Source: Amphiscolops sp. MND2022 (Eukaryota). Taken from it: a DNA stretch of 64,000 nt. Positions within the stretch are counted from its first letter, which is position 1, and each line of letters begins with the position of its first letter. The stretch is from NCBI GenBank assembly GCA_964187785.1, contig OZ076413.1, positions 46,006,001-46,070,000 of the forward strand, given 5' to 3'. Below, piece by piece: positions 45,592 to 57,934 of this stretch. The notes beneath the pieces are model-generated. The model was given only the letters and a program-made list of their open reading frames with translations, searched no databases and was not told the DNA's origin. A program made the position numbers and the translations under genes.

Positions 45592-48500
45592 TCATCAAAT
45601 TTTTGAATAGGTTGGTCATATTCAGGGTCAGACGAAAAATCATTTCGCTTGATTCATACTGGTTAAGAGTTATTCACATTCCGTTTATATGGTAACGATG
45701 GGCCCTGAGATTTTGTTTTAGGATTATTTCTAGAACTACTGTTAGGTGTCCATTTGCCAACTTCCGGATTCGAAAAAAGCGTAAAGGGGATTTTAGTCAG
45801 CTGAGATTTTGCATGTTTGAAGCCGATGATCTCTAGGTTATATGTTCGAATTGCGTTCGAATCGGTTAATTTTTAAAGCAGGAGGACGAGCGAGGAACAC
45901 GTCGTGATCATAAATTGTTCCAAACCGCATTCTGATGACCTATCGAGTTTCGGTCTCAATTTCTCAAACAATTTGCTGTCTTCCTTTAGCAGAACCTATG
46001 GTTCTGGTGATTCTGGGGTTTGTAGAAAAGAATGATAGTCTAGTTCTACTATACTGATATTGCAACCTAGATTTTTATGACGAAACTCCGAAAAAAGTAT
46101 GCGTTAAAAGCTAATGGCTTCGCTTGCGACATACACTTTGGTTACATTTTTTTGAAGTAACCACTGAAGTATTATAATGATAGATCACTAAAGTTACAAA
46201 GACTTATGTATTCTGATATTTCATAAATACTAAACTTCAAAAAGTTGCAAACTCCAACTCCAAACTATACAAATATGTTCAATATTGAAAATTTTCATCT
46301 CAAATCAGCTAATTTGGTAAAATAAAACCAGCATCAACTTTCTAAAGCCCAAATTCAAATATGCAAACCAACATCCCAATCAGGAACATAAATTTTTGGC
46401 AAACGTTTCGACTGACTGTCTGTTCATGGAAAAAACTACTTTTCACAAAGATGTATTGTAATCAATGGAAATCAGTTTTTCATTGTAGTTGGCAATTTGT
46501 TTGGGAGATTCTTCAGAATTTTTTTTGCATAGCCACTTTACGTTCCAAGATGTCAAACACCGTCTACCATTGCACTGAAAATATCGTGCTTGTAAGTGAA
46601 ACCCGCTCATTTACCTATTATTTTCGCGTATATGACGGTTAAAAATACATTTTTTCGTAACGAAAATACCTATTTTGGCGGTTTTTGGCATTCGATTGAG
46701 CCGAAAATTTATGTTCCTGATCCCAATGTGTCATTTACCTAATTTTGTTCAAGTGAATTCTTCAACTGATCGTTGAATTATTTGGAATGATTGATATAAT
46801 CGGGCATTCTAAATGAATGGACATGCGTACTTCTCAAATAACTATCTAATTCAATCAACCGACTTGTCATCTCAAAGTGGTTCCAATTATTCAACACTTT
46901 TGAAACGAAATTGGTTTTTAGCATTCGTTTTATCTTCTCATCGTCTTTCTTTCTAAAATATGCACAGAATGTTCGTTCCACTGATTTCGCGTCTTCAAAG
47001 CCCAGAAAATGTTGGATACGAAATAATTGCGGCAATAAGTTATCCATCATGTCTTCATAACTAAGGTAGAGTGTTATGAGCACCATTGTGCTTAGCAGTT
47101 TAACATGACGCAATAGAAGCCGCACATGGTTTTCCGATATCGTCACCTCATTACTTTTTCTTGATCAAGTTGATCTTCTGTGATCGATTCGTATTGGTTA
47201 ATTTTCGAACGGTGGAAATCAGCCAAGCCACTCTTGACGGGATCGCGAATGATATAGATGACCCTTTTTGGCAAGAACTGTTGGTTGTTGAAGGCTCCTG
47301 TTGTGACAAATCAAAGTAGTTACACTTTCAAATTTTAGAGTTTTATTAACTTCTTGAAACTGTATACATTTTTAATCGATAGTGCCAAGTAAAAGCCATT
47401 TCTTTAAACGTGCCCACAGTTCGAGAGCGAATAGAGCGTGCAATCAAATGAAACGAGTATTTTCAGTGTCAAAAATAACGAAAACAACTACCTCTCTTTC
47501 AATTATGAAATACTTCATTATGAATAAATATTTTGCAGAAACTGTCGAAACAAAAACAACACAAAAACTTAGTGAATATGATCAGTACGTGTTTTCCTCG
47601 AAAATTTTTGCAATTAGTTATTCATAATGAAGTATTCTATGATTAAAATAGTAGTATGGTTCGTTATATTTGACACTGAAGAAATAATTACTTCATTTGA
47701 TTACCCTCGAACTGGGAGTACGTTTAAAAATTTGATAACTTTCAATTCAGTTTTTCAACTAAAGTTTAGCTTCTCGTTTTCGAAGTTGAAAAAATTTCTC
47801 AGCTTCGATTAAAACTTAAGTATTTTTCCAGATAGAACCAGAGATTTAAAATGTGCATTAAGAAGAAAGTTTGTTTGTCCAATTCCGCGGGGTCGACGCC
47901 AAATAATATCTTCATTTCTAAGAGAGCGCCCTTCCAGATACAATCTCATAGCAAGCTATAATACCATGTTTGCAGCCAAATGGTCAAGTAATGGTTCACT
48001 TGAAGCTGTAGTTTCAAAGTTATTTGCCCCAGCTTACATTGTCTGACTGCTCAATTTTGCTCTTTTTACTTTGCTTTTATTAACAAGAATTATTTCATCA
48101 AACTGAATTTTTGGACAAACTAACGAAGTATTAAACAAATTGTAACTTATGAACAAGCTCTCAAACGGCCACTCAAACGTCTCGCCATTTAAACCGCTGC
48201 GAACTTTTTCCACGTCATAATAAATCGCGCCAGTCAAGATGCCAGTCAGGTGCTCGATCATCAATCTAGTCCAGGTGTTTCCTGATCCAGGGATGATAAG
48301 AAGGACGTTGATGGGGTAAGGTGGATCTTGTTCGTTCAGTAGTCTCGCACGGCTACATTGTTCCATTGCAAAAGGAGTAATAAAATGTTGATAAATGGAA
48401 GATGATTCGGTCATAAAATGAAACAAACCTTTTCAAATTTAATAATAATGATATTTTGGGTTTTGAAAATCAAACATCTCAAAATATTAAGTCGTAAGAG

Positions 48501-48819
48501 TTTATGAGTGAAGCATGTTTTTCATCTGTGTGAATGATTTTGTTCTCTGTTGTGGAATCACAAAGTAGAGTTTAGGATGTAAGCCTAAGTGCTAATAAAA
48601 AAAATTCGCCAAAGTGTTTCCATCTGATGCTGTTGAATCTGAAAGTTCGTATAATATAAATCAATTTGTTTTATATTTTATCTGATGTTTCGGGATGACA
48701 AAAGGTAGAAATGAGCTGAACCAAGATTCAAGAAATCTTTTTCATTTTTCCATTGATTTGTTTCTTGAATTTCTAATGCAAACTTTGAAATTCTTTGGTG
48801 TCTTGAGCCGGGAAAAACC

Positions 48820-49600
48820 AGCAGAAACTTCCCCCAATTCAGGTGATTACGACGAAGGAAATCATGAATCAAAGGACATCAGTTTCCTTGAAGGACTTCA
48901 AGACAAGCTAGAAGGGAGGCTTGCAGACGCAGCATTCTTACATTCAGCTATTCTTCGCCAAACTGTTTGATCCGTTTCATTCTCTTTTATGGCAAAAATT
49001 AGATGAAGAATCTCGAAAACAATGGGAATTGATTTGTCGTGAAAAGGAATAGGAAACTCTGGATGAGCTCAAGATCCTTGTTAACGAACTCGTTCGAGCT
49101 CTTGAGTCATATACTAACACTTTGGAGACAAACAAAGTTTTTCCTGAACCAGCCCATTTCTCTCAAAGAAAAAGTATTTCCGGAAAACCAACTCTTCTTT
49201 TCGTCATAGCTACAAAATTGGATTAGCAACCTGTCCAGGCTGTTCCGAAAATAACAACCTTCTCATGTGCAAGCACTTTGAAGAGCTATCGATCAAAGAT
49301 TTTAAAAAATGTCACATATACCTCAAAATCGTGCTTCACATGTCTGTCCAAAGACCGTGAATCTAAACGAACGAGATAAAATGCAGCGCAACGCACAAGT
49401 ATATGTACTTCTACAAGCTAAAAAGGACTTACCTAACAAGAGTGACTTGTAAATTTATCGATACTGATATAAATTTAATTAGATTTGCTGGACGATTATC
49501 ACAAGGAAATTTCCGCGAACAGAAATAGCTTTCATATCTTTTTGCTGCCAATTCTTTCTTCTTCCTCTTCATGAATCTACTCCTCAAGGAAGCTCATTTA
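48820..49600 (+). mobile_element. Highly decayed, internally deleted BEL/Pao retrotransposon relic in an intron
   Basis: Translated pieces SGDYDE, QKLDEESRKQWEL...TLDELK...RALES, CPGC...LLMCKHFEELSIK, CFTCL, LIRFAGRL resemble BEL/Pao Gag and the pre-integrase region. Confidence 0.6.
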
Positions 49601-49845
49601 AATTTGAATACAAGAAGGGAAGAATATTGCATTCCAAGCGAAAACATTTTCTTCACAAAAGTGTGCATCACAGACTGCATTAAATATAGTCGTTCAACAA
49701 TGAAATTTCCGCAGAACTTTCTCGCCCAGCCGAACGAATATCTGCATCGCGCACTTTCAGGGTCACAAGAATCGACCTAAAAGGTCTCATTACGTCACAG
49801 TCAAACCACAAGACTTAAATAGCCGTTCCAATGTTGAGCAATCCC

Positions 49846-50062
49846 TGCGAATCTGCAAAGATCTGTACAGATCCTGACAGATATTCCAGGGTTTGCCAAA
49901 AATTACCTAGTCAAAAAAACAGTTTTGAAATTGAAATTAGTTGAATAAAAAGTGCTCTACAAGATAAACAGGCCTCGTAGTTGAAGTTCTGAAAAAAGTT
50001 TTAGTGCGAATCTGCAGATCTGTACAGATTCTGACAGATATTCCAGGATTTGTCAAAAATTA
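49846..50062. repeat. Pair of ~58-bp direct repeats (49846 and 50005)
   Basis: TGCGAATCTGCA..GATCTGTACAGAT.CTGACAGATATTCCAGG.TTTG.CAAAAATTA occurs twice. Confidence 0.8.
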
Positions 50063-51398
50063 AGCATACGAAAATGGCCAATAAATTACTATAACGTATT
50101 CCAAGTTTCCAGCGATTACTAAAACTACTCCAGCAAACCATGTTCACGAAATATTACAACAACAGCACTTTATCAACAACTCTATCAACTCAGACGGTGG
50201 ACTCTACAACCCAGACTCTATCAACCCACATGTTTAATTCCATCAGCCAAACCGAAGTCAAAATGGCAAACGAGCCTCTCAAATTTAAACAATCACTTCT
50301 GGGTAGTTCAAGTGAAACAGATAAATTACAGTGCAAAACCAATACCGAACATTCCCCAGACACTAAAATTACCGTGATGAGGATAAGCTTTCCTGCTGAA
50401 GAATTTTGAGTGAGTTTCCACTGACTGAGCCTTGGTCAGCAAAAACACTTGTCGAAGAAGCCCAAAAATGCAATACATTGTTTCCAGAAACTCCGGAAAC
50501 TTTACAGATCCTCAAGGAAAAAAGTCTCACTGGTCTGTACAGATTCTCAAGGAAAGCTCAACATGGGTTGTTATTTGTTTTGCCAGAAAAACCATTTACT
50601 TGGAAAGCTTTCACGATTTGACAAAAGAATCTTGAATATTGGTACTAAAACGATTCATCTGCAGACGAGAAGTGCCAGACAAGATCTCCAGCGATAATGG
50701 CACTAACTTCATTGGCGCCAGGAAGAGCGCATCAAGATACAATCACTTTTCAGCAAAATTCAATTTACAGCTTCATTTCTCAAAAGGAGAATAGACTGAG
50801 TTACCATACCTACTCGAGCTTCGCATTTTGGTGAACTATGGGAGACAGCTTACACGTCAGCTTGGGAAAGATTCATGAAACTTTTTTCATTTTTCCATTG
50901 AATTGTTTCTCTCGAATCACAACATTTGCCATTTGCTTAGGCCATAAAAATATTGATAAAATTCACATGACAACGGGCGCTGCCACTCTCAAAAGTCTTT
51001 TTGAAAAATGTTTCCGTCAAAACTAACGAAAGAGTTTGAATTTGTTTTGAAAACAAAACTATTCTGGCTGTAATTTCGAAAAACATGGAATGATTTGTTA
51101 CAAGTTTTTGCATGACGTCACAGCATTGATTGAGTTAACCAGAGTGGGTAAACAGGCACAGGTACTTTTCATGGATGATTTCATATGTTTGTATACAGCC
51201 ACAGGGTATGATTGCACGTCGCAATAATCTCGACACATATCCCATGTGAAAAGACCTCTTAGTCCACTCTTAGGTGGCCCATGCTCGATCTTCTGAACAA
51301 GATTCATAGACTTTGCGTCAACACAACCCAAGTTCATGGAGTCATACTTCTGAGCTTCTTTTATAACGCTGCCGCTGTTTTGGTTTTCCCATAGATGA

Positions 51399-53661
51399 TG
51401 TTACGACTGTTTACCGGAGTTGTTCTGGAACTAGTCGCAGTAATTGTTTTAACAGGTGTAGACGTTCTAGCTACGGAGGCGTCAGGTTCAGAATCAGAAT
51501 CTTGGACACTTGTGGAGACTGGGCGTTGTTTACTCAGAGGTGCTATTAGTTTGAGCATTTCCTTTTGATTCTCAGCTAATATTTTGTTAGTTCAACAAGA
51601 ATTTCTTTTCACAGAGACGTTTTTATCTCGTCTAGAGTTTCAGGCTCAGTTCTGGGAGCTCTACTGGAACTTGCAATTAAATCCCCGGACGGGATGTTCT
51701 CGGATTCTGAGGTCTCAAACTCTCCTGAGGCTAACTCAGCTAGCTCTTCATTTCTGGCTTCTAGTAGTCATTTTCTGGTTTAAAAAAATTAGAGTCTTCG
51801 GTAAGAGTTGAATTCTTCGAAGAATATTGTTTGTTATGTTAACGGAGTGTTTACGATACAAAGCAAGGTTAAAAATTGACTCCATTTACATTTAAGTTCC
51901 ACCTATATATACTTTCCTAGCATCGTTTGTTCCTCACCTAAAAATTCCTAGGTATCACAAAAATCGTGTTTGTTCATCAAAAAGCGCTAATGATTCAAAT
52001 TATTTCAGTCCCGCGTCATAAAATCAGGTACCGAAATTCCTAGTTGCGTCGCTATTCCGTAATATTTGTTGAAATCATTTTTGTTCAGGAAATTTCATTT
52101 TCTGTTTGAGTCTCAAAATTGCGGCAAAATAAAGGTCTAGCTGAATTTTTCATCGACGAGAGCACGCCGGCGTGATCATTTACTCACTTCCCAAGTTAGG
52201 AAATTAATGATCGAAGCAAAATTATGACACTCAAAAAATATCAACGGAATTGAAGCGGAATAAAGAAATTCGGGAATAGCAAGTGTTTAAATGCTAGGAA
52301 GGAACAAACGATGCTAAAACGGTGTTAATACACATGGATATTTACTATACTAGCAACAGTGGTATAAATTAACGCGAAACACAAACAGTTACAACGGGGA
52401 CATTCCGTTGGCTTAGCATGACATTTGTCACCGACAGATTTAGGGATAATACAAAATATCAAGCAACAACTATTTGGAAATAGTAAGAGTAGTACAAAAT
52501 ATCAAGCAACAATTATTTGAAAATAGTAACAATAGTACAAAACATCAAGCAACGACTATTTAGAATATCGCGATATTGGCATAAACTTGGGAACTCACAA
52601 TAGGGCATTTTGGATATGATTTGACCTTAGTTGCGCATTCGGTCCCAAAAATATATTTTGCATAATAAGAAAGCCCTCAGCTAGAAAATCTCTGCTAAAT
52701 AAATTGATTACAACGTAAGTTAATCGTGTTCTGCCCTAAACTTTATCTAAATGCATCGATTCAAAAAGGGATGACCAAGGTTGAATATTCATTCAATTCA
52801 ATGTTTTATAGCCATGATTTCACATATTGCACCGTACGTGTTCCGTACGTATTAAGATTAGTTATAGCTGAGCATCTGAATACAATCTTACAATTCGTTC
52901 CGTAGTTGCTCCGTACGTATTAAGATTAGTTATAGCTGAGCAGCAGCAGCATACGGAGAAAGAACGGACAGCGCTAGTAAATTCATTCTTATTTCCTCGT
53001 TCAACTGGCGTTGCTATGGTAACTAAGAATGGTTTTATTACCTTGAGTTCAAATAATTCAGTTAGGAGACGACACTATTGGTCCGTAAAAATAGAAACAC
53101 CTACTACTTAATCTAGTTGAGTGACGCCGTCATAACGTTGTAAACATTTGCTTAGGTTGCTTGAATGTATTCTTAAGCGAATATTGACAACTACCTAATT
53201 GTTGGAAAAACAATTCCACTACTCTATTTGTATGTTTTATCATTTTAGATCGTATGAATTCCGTTGGGATCTCGGAGTTGAATATCATTTTTGATGTTTT
53301 CATTATGGTGTGGAGCAGAAAAGGAGTGATCCCGTTTTAGAAAATGTCTTTATTTTAGTATTTAGATTAGTATGGAAATTCAGAAGACGAGACCGGAAAT
53401 GTGAAATAGCGTTGCATGTGAAAACATTAGGCCGGAAGTTTTAGCTATTCTGAAATCGTTTCTGAAAATATTCCGTAAATCTTACGTTGGATTTCACATC
53501 TAGAAAGTTATCTACGATTAATTTTGGTTGTACTGTAAGTAGAATTCAATTAATTTTGCAAAGTTTAGTTTAAGTTTAGTATTTATAATAACCTCGGCCA
53601 CGTCCTCTTCCGAAGCCTCCTGAGCAGCATGTAAATTTTCGACCGGGAGCGGGTCGTGACA
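51399..53661 (-). mobile_element. Solo LTR (2263 bp) containing a decayed gag N-terminal frame
   Basis: Termini TGTTACGAC...GTCGTGACA; 5-bp TSD GATGA/GACGA; TATA at 51904-51911; frame MTTRSQK...TPVNSRN runs to the LTR end; removing it restores the host reading frame. Confidence 0.8.
52451..52568. repeat. Tandem repeat, 43-bp unit, ~2.7 copies, within the solo LTR
   Basis: ACAAAA(T/C)ATCAAGCAAC at 52451, 52494 and 52537. Confidence 0.85.
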
Positions 53662-55485
53662 GACGAGGCTTCAAATTGATCCACCTACAATGCATCAGTA
53701 TCAGCTGTAACATTTACTGCCAAAATTCAATTTCTAGGTTTCACAATCGGACTCGTATTAATTGCTCAACAGTCCGAGAAAGAATACGGCATTATACACG
53801 ACAGAATACTGGTGACCGTGTGCGACAGTATTGTGGTCCATATATGGCACATCTAATCAATATTAAAGAAACAAGTTCCTTATGTTATGTGAATATGGTC
53901 AAGTTGGAATTATATGGACCAATCAATGGTCAATCTGGAATCACAAACTTCTTTTAGCCAGGGTTTGCCGTGTGTGCCGGTGTGAAAGTTTGTCTGGTGA
54001 TGAGCTGATAAATCGAAAAAATAACTGACGTCTGAACCACTTTTGAGTTCTCGTTTTCACAAGAAGAACATAGCAAGTCAAAACTAGTTGTATATTGAAT
54101 GATTCTCTTAGAATGGCTCTCTCACCCATGCTCTAGTCAGTATTATTTTCATTGCTGCAGTCTCTACTTTTCAGAGTGAATCGTGCTTCATTCCAGAGCA
54201 ACTGAATCTGAATCAGTCAGCAGAAGATACCATTTGAAATTGTCGCCAAAACGTTGATGATTCTTTCAAGCAGCTTGAGAAAAGTCGATGACAACAGAAA
54301 TATTACCGCATCAAAGTTTCCCTAAGGGTTTCAGAAAATCATAATAAAAGTTGCTGGCAACTTTAAAGAACATGTAAAAAGTTCAAGCATGTTCAACAAG
54401 GCAACGAAGATACTTGTAACATTGCTAACAGGGTGCTGTGAAAATTGGCACTTTGGTGAAGAAATATTTTATAGTTTCATCATAATTTGCTACAATTGAC
54501 TACCTTATACTAATATGTCGATTTATGAATAGAACAAGACCGGTGACCCACATCCGGGGACAAGGAACAATATCTAAAGGAATGATATCTAAACCAATCC
54601 GATCACTCGGGTTGGCATGGATGAGGGTGTTTTGACCAATCAGGTGTTTTTAGATATTCTTCCTTTCGATACTATTCCGTTTTCCTCCATATCCGTTCGG
54701 CCTGTAACCAACATGTTTCAGTAGGCGTTTTTCATGAAAACGAGAGCAGACTCCTTCACTAACTAGTTTTTTTCATATTTTCTTCAGCTCACACTGAAAC
54801 GTCCGATTCTTTGCAAAAGTTGAAAAGATCAAATGGCTTACTTTGGAGTGTTTACGATACTATTCTTTTTCCAACAAAATAATGTACCAAAACGTACCTC
54901 TTTGATTTCGCACTCTTCCTAGTCAATTTTTTTTGGCCCCAACGGGTACACTTTTTGCGTTTTTTACACTTTGCAACTTTTGTCTAAGGAAATAGGTTTC
55001 GAGAAATCGTTTTCCACGTGAAAATTTCGTGGTAATTTCGATCAAAAATTCGAAACAAGCACATTCAAGATGGCCGACACGGCAGGTACGAAAACCGTAG
55101 AGGACGCAAAAAAGGCAAAAGCACACCTCACCCCCACCCAGGAACGTGAATGTCCGAGATTTCATCACTCAGAAGGCGAGAGAATCAGGAATTGTGCCAT
55201 CTGACAGCGAAAAGACAGGGTTTTGGCAGAAAAATGCCAAATGAGACCATTGTGATGATGATGCATGATGCCAAAGGCCAGACTGATAACCAACCCTTTA
55301 CGGAGTATTTGCATGATGTTTGACCTACTAAGTCTTCATTTTAGTCCTTATTCCCCAAATATAATCTATTTCAGTTAAATACCTTTTTTGGACCTCGGAA
55401 GTATGTAGGAGTTGCGGGAACACGTTAGAAATCTTAGGATTCCTTTTTACAGGCTTGTAGTCAACACTGGCAGGGCTACCAACGA

Positions 55486-56195
55486 CAGTCAACTCCGGCT
55501 TATTCGTATCCGGATAATCCGGATCTTCGTTTAATTCGTACGTGTCTGAGACCCCCATTTCGCGAAGACCAAGAAAATATCATCCCGTCCTCTAGATATT
55601 ATTCCCGTCGTGAAATTTTAGATCTTATTCCCTTCAGATCTCATTCTTCCGAGAAGAGGAGTCTTCTTCTTTTGAGAAGGGGAACAAGATCTAAAATGCA
55701 TTGATTTTAGATCTCATTCCCTTCAGATCTTATTACAGTCAACTCCGTCTAATTCGTATCCGGATAATTCGGATCTTCGTTTAATTCGTACGTGTCTGAG
55801 ACCCCCATTTTGCGAAGACCAAGGTAATATCATCCCGTCCTTTAGATATTATTTCCCCTCCTGAAATTTCACATCTTATTCATTCCAGATCTCATTCTTT
55901 CGAGAAGGGGAGTCTGGTTCTTTTAGGGGGAAATAAGATGTAAAGAACATGATCTAAAGTCAAAAAAGGTATTAAGATCTAAAGGGAATAAAATCTAAAA
56001 TGTCAGGACAGGAATAAGATCTAAAGGGAATAAGATCTAAAATCAATGCATTTTAGATCTTATTCCCCTTCTCTAAAAGAAAAAGATTTGAAGGGAATAA
56101 GATCTAAAATTTTAGATCTTATTCCTATTTTCGAAGTTCAGCATGTCACAATTTTAGATCTTATTATTTTAGATCTTATTCTTTAGATCTTATTC
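55486..56195. repeat. Tandemly duplicated transposon-end-like sequence (250-bp period) with arrays of TTTAGATCTTATT/AATAAGATCTAAA
   Basis: CAGTCAACTCCG...ATTCGTATCCGGATAAT at 55486 and 55736; similar motif arrays at 44130-44235. Confidence 0.7.
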
Positions 56196-56207
56196 ACCCT
56201 CCCTTAT

Positions 56208-57934
56208 TGTCGCAGGCTGCCGCCTGTGACGGCACAAGGATTACAACAACGGCTGTTGGCCAGGATGTGGCCCCAGGAACTCTCCCTATCTATTAAAGTA
56301 AACTAAAACTTTCTCTTGAACTTTTACGTTGCTCATGTATTTTGTTGCCATATTATTTTAGAAAATAGCCAAAAAGGGCCGTACTGGGACGTATTACCTT
56401 ATTACCAAAACTTAGAATTATTGCACTTGTTGATTATTTATGGTCAACCTTAGTCTTGAATGTTAATTGTATATTAGTCTGTTAACATAGATTGTGTTGT
56501 GTTGTTGTATTATCAATGCAATGTAGTAATAATCACAGATTATGGCAAGCAACTTAGAGAAAGTACGGAAACGAGTTCAAATGGACTCCTGTACTTTCTT
56601 GCCAACGCCACTTGCGCTCACCCAATTAGTCAATCAGAGGCCTTCATTTTCGTGTGCTTTATTCTCTTTTGCCAATTACGGCCTTTGTACAAACCGGACG
56701 AAAGTGCTATTAATGCCGTTCAGGCAGTCGGCCTAATCCGGCTATTCAGTCCGCCATAAACAAAGCACTTGTGATTGATGCTAATTTCATGTAATGATAT
56801 TTAGTTAATAGTTAGCTTTGTTAATCATGAAGTACCAATCTGAAGTGTTAATTGATGTTCTGTCGTACCATTAACAAATAGTTATCCAATTTGTTCTAAA
56901 ATAGCTGTTGCATGAAATCTGATATTATTGCCTATCAGGCCTTTTGCCATTGTACCCATGAAAGGTATTTAGACTAAACATTTTTGTTGTGCTGCCACGT
57001 GCTAAGGTATGCGCACTTACATCAACAAATACCTGTTCAATGAAAATACTTTGCCAAATATGTAAACGATGCTAACGGTTGAATGATTGTTCCTTTGATG
57101 TATAATATTTGGAATGGATAGCGTTCATCCCGTGACCATCAAAAATGCAATCATATGATATTGTCTTAGTCAAAGAATGTAAAGAATGAGAGTGTCACTC
57201 TTTCGGGGATATAAATACCCGTGCCTTTGAGAGAGGAGACACTTCTTAATTTACTCTCTTCTGAAAAAGACTATCATATTAGTACAAACGGTTTCACTGT
57301 TATTTTCGAGATATAATCTAATTCAATTTTATACTCGAAGTTTTCCTTATGCCTACTACAAGAAAACAAAAGAAGGCTAGAAAGTCCAGAGGACTAGAGA
57401 TCCTTTCTGATATCGAAAATCTAGATATGATGTTAGGAGGCGATCGTTACAATGGAACTGAAAGAGAAAGGAGTTTAGACAGTAACTCCGTTAGAAGGAG
57501 AGAAAGTGTCATAAGTAATAACTTGGACAATGAGGGCGAAAGCCTATTTTCAAATTGCAGAAATGATGAACCTAGGACAAGTGCCGATCTTGGCCAATAT
57601 TCAGCTGAAGCAAACTCACTAGCTGAGATAAACAGGTTGTCTAGCGAATTGAACTCTAGGATATCCCGTGAGATGGATGAAATGATGAGTAATGTTGATA
57701 CGCTGATCCAAAGGGCCATTAATGAGGCTATTAGCAGTCAAGTATTGCCTCAAATACAGATTGTCATAATGGCCGGATCAGGCCGAGAGACCAGAAGGGG
57801 ATGGGAAGTCCCAGTTGAGAGATCGGAAGCAAATGCCGAGGAACAGCGAATTCCAAACGCTAAGGCCGACTGTAGAAATGAACAGAATGATGGATACCGA
57901 TCTGGTGGACCATCTTCCCGTCACGTTCATGACA
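56208..57934 (+). repeat. Inferred 5' LTR of element C (~1.73 kb)
   Basis: TGTC...GACA termini, immediately followed by PBS-like TGGTGACAGGAG; internal TATAAATA at 57210; partner LTR not in the window. Confidence 0.55.
57210..57217 (+). promoter_or_regulatory. Candidate TATA box of element C
   Basis: TATAAATA ~140 bp before the gag ATG; similar spacing in the solo LTR at 51399-53661. Confidence 0.5.

Larger units (their letters stand above)
46778..53684 (-). pseudogene. WSC-domain-containing sulfotransferase (WSCD1/2-like), spliced, disrupted by a solo LTR
   Basis: WSC-like LGC...TWDMCRDYC...YPVA...CAC (51098-51337); PAPS-binding loop PGSGNTWTRLMIEHLTGILTGAIYYD...GLNGE (48034-48426); C-terminal YEDM...QL.RI.HFLG...R..C...KR (46778-47146). 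Exon structure not fully resolved. Confidence 0.7.

Noticed and set aside
47930..48046. Plus-strand frame YNLIASYNTMFAAK resembling a sulfotransferase 3'-PB segment
   Set aside because: Wrong strand relative to the other exons and weak similarity; an inversion cannot be supported
51361..51558. Ser/Thr-rich ORF as the stem region of the WSC protein
   Set aside because: It lies almost entirely inside the solo LTR and is out of frame with the WSC exon
53676..54129. Candidate first (transmembrane) exon of the WSCD-like gene
   Set aside because: No clean open frame or splice donor could be identified
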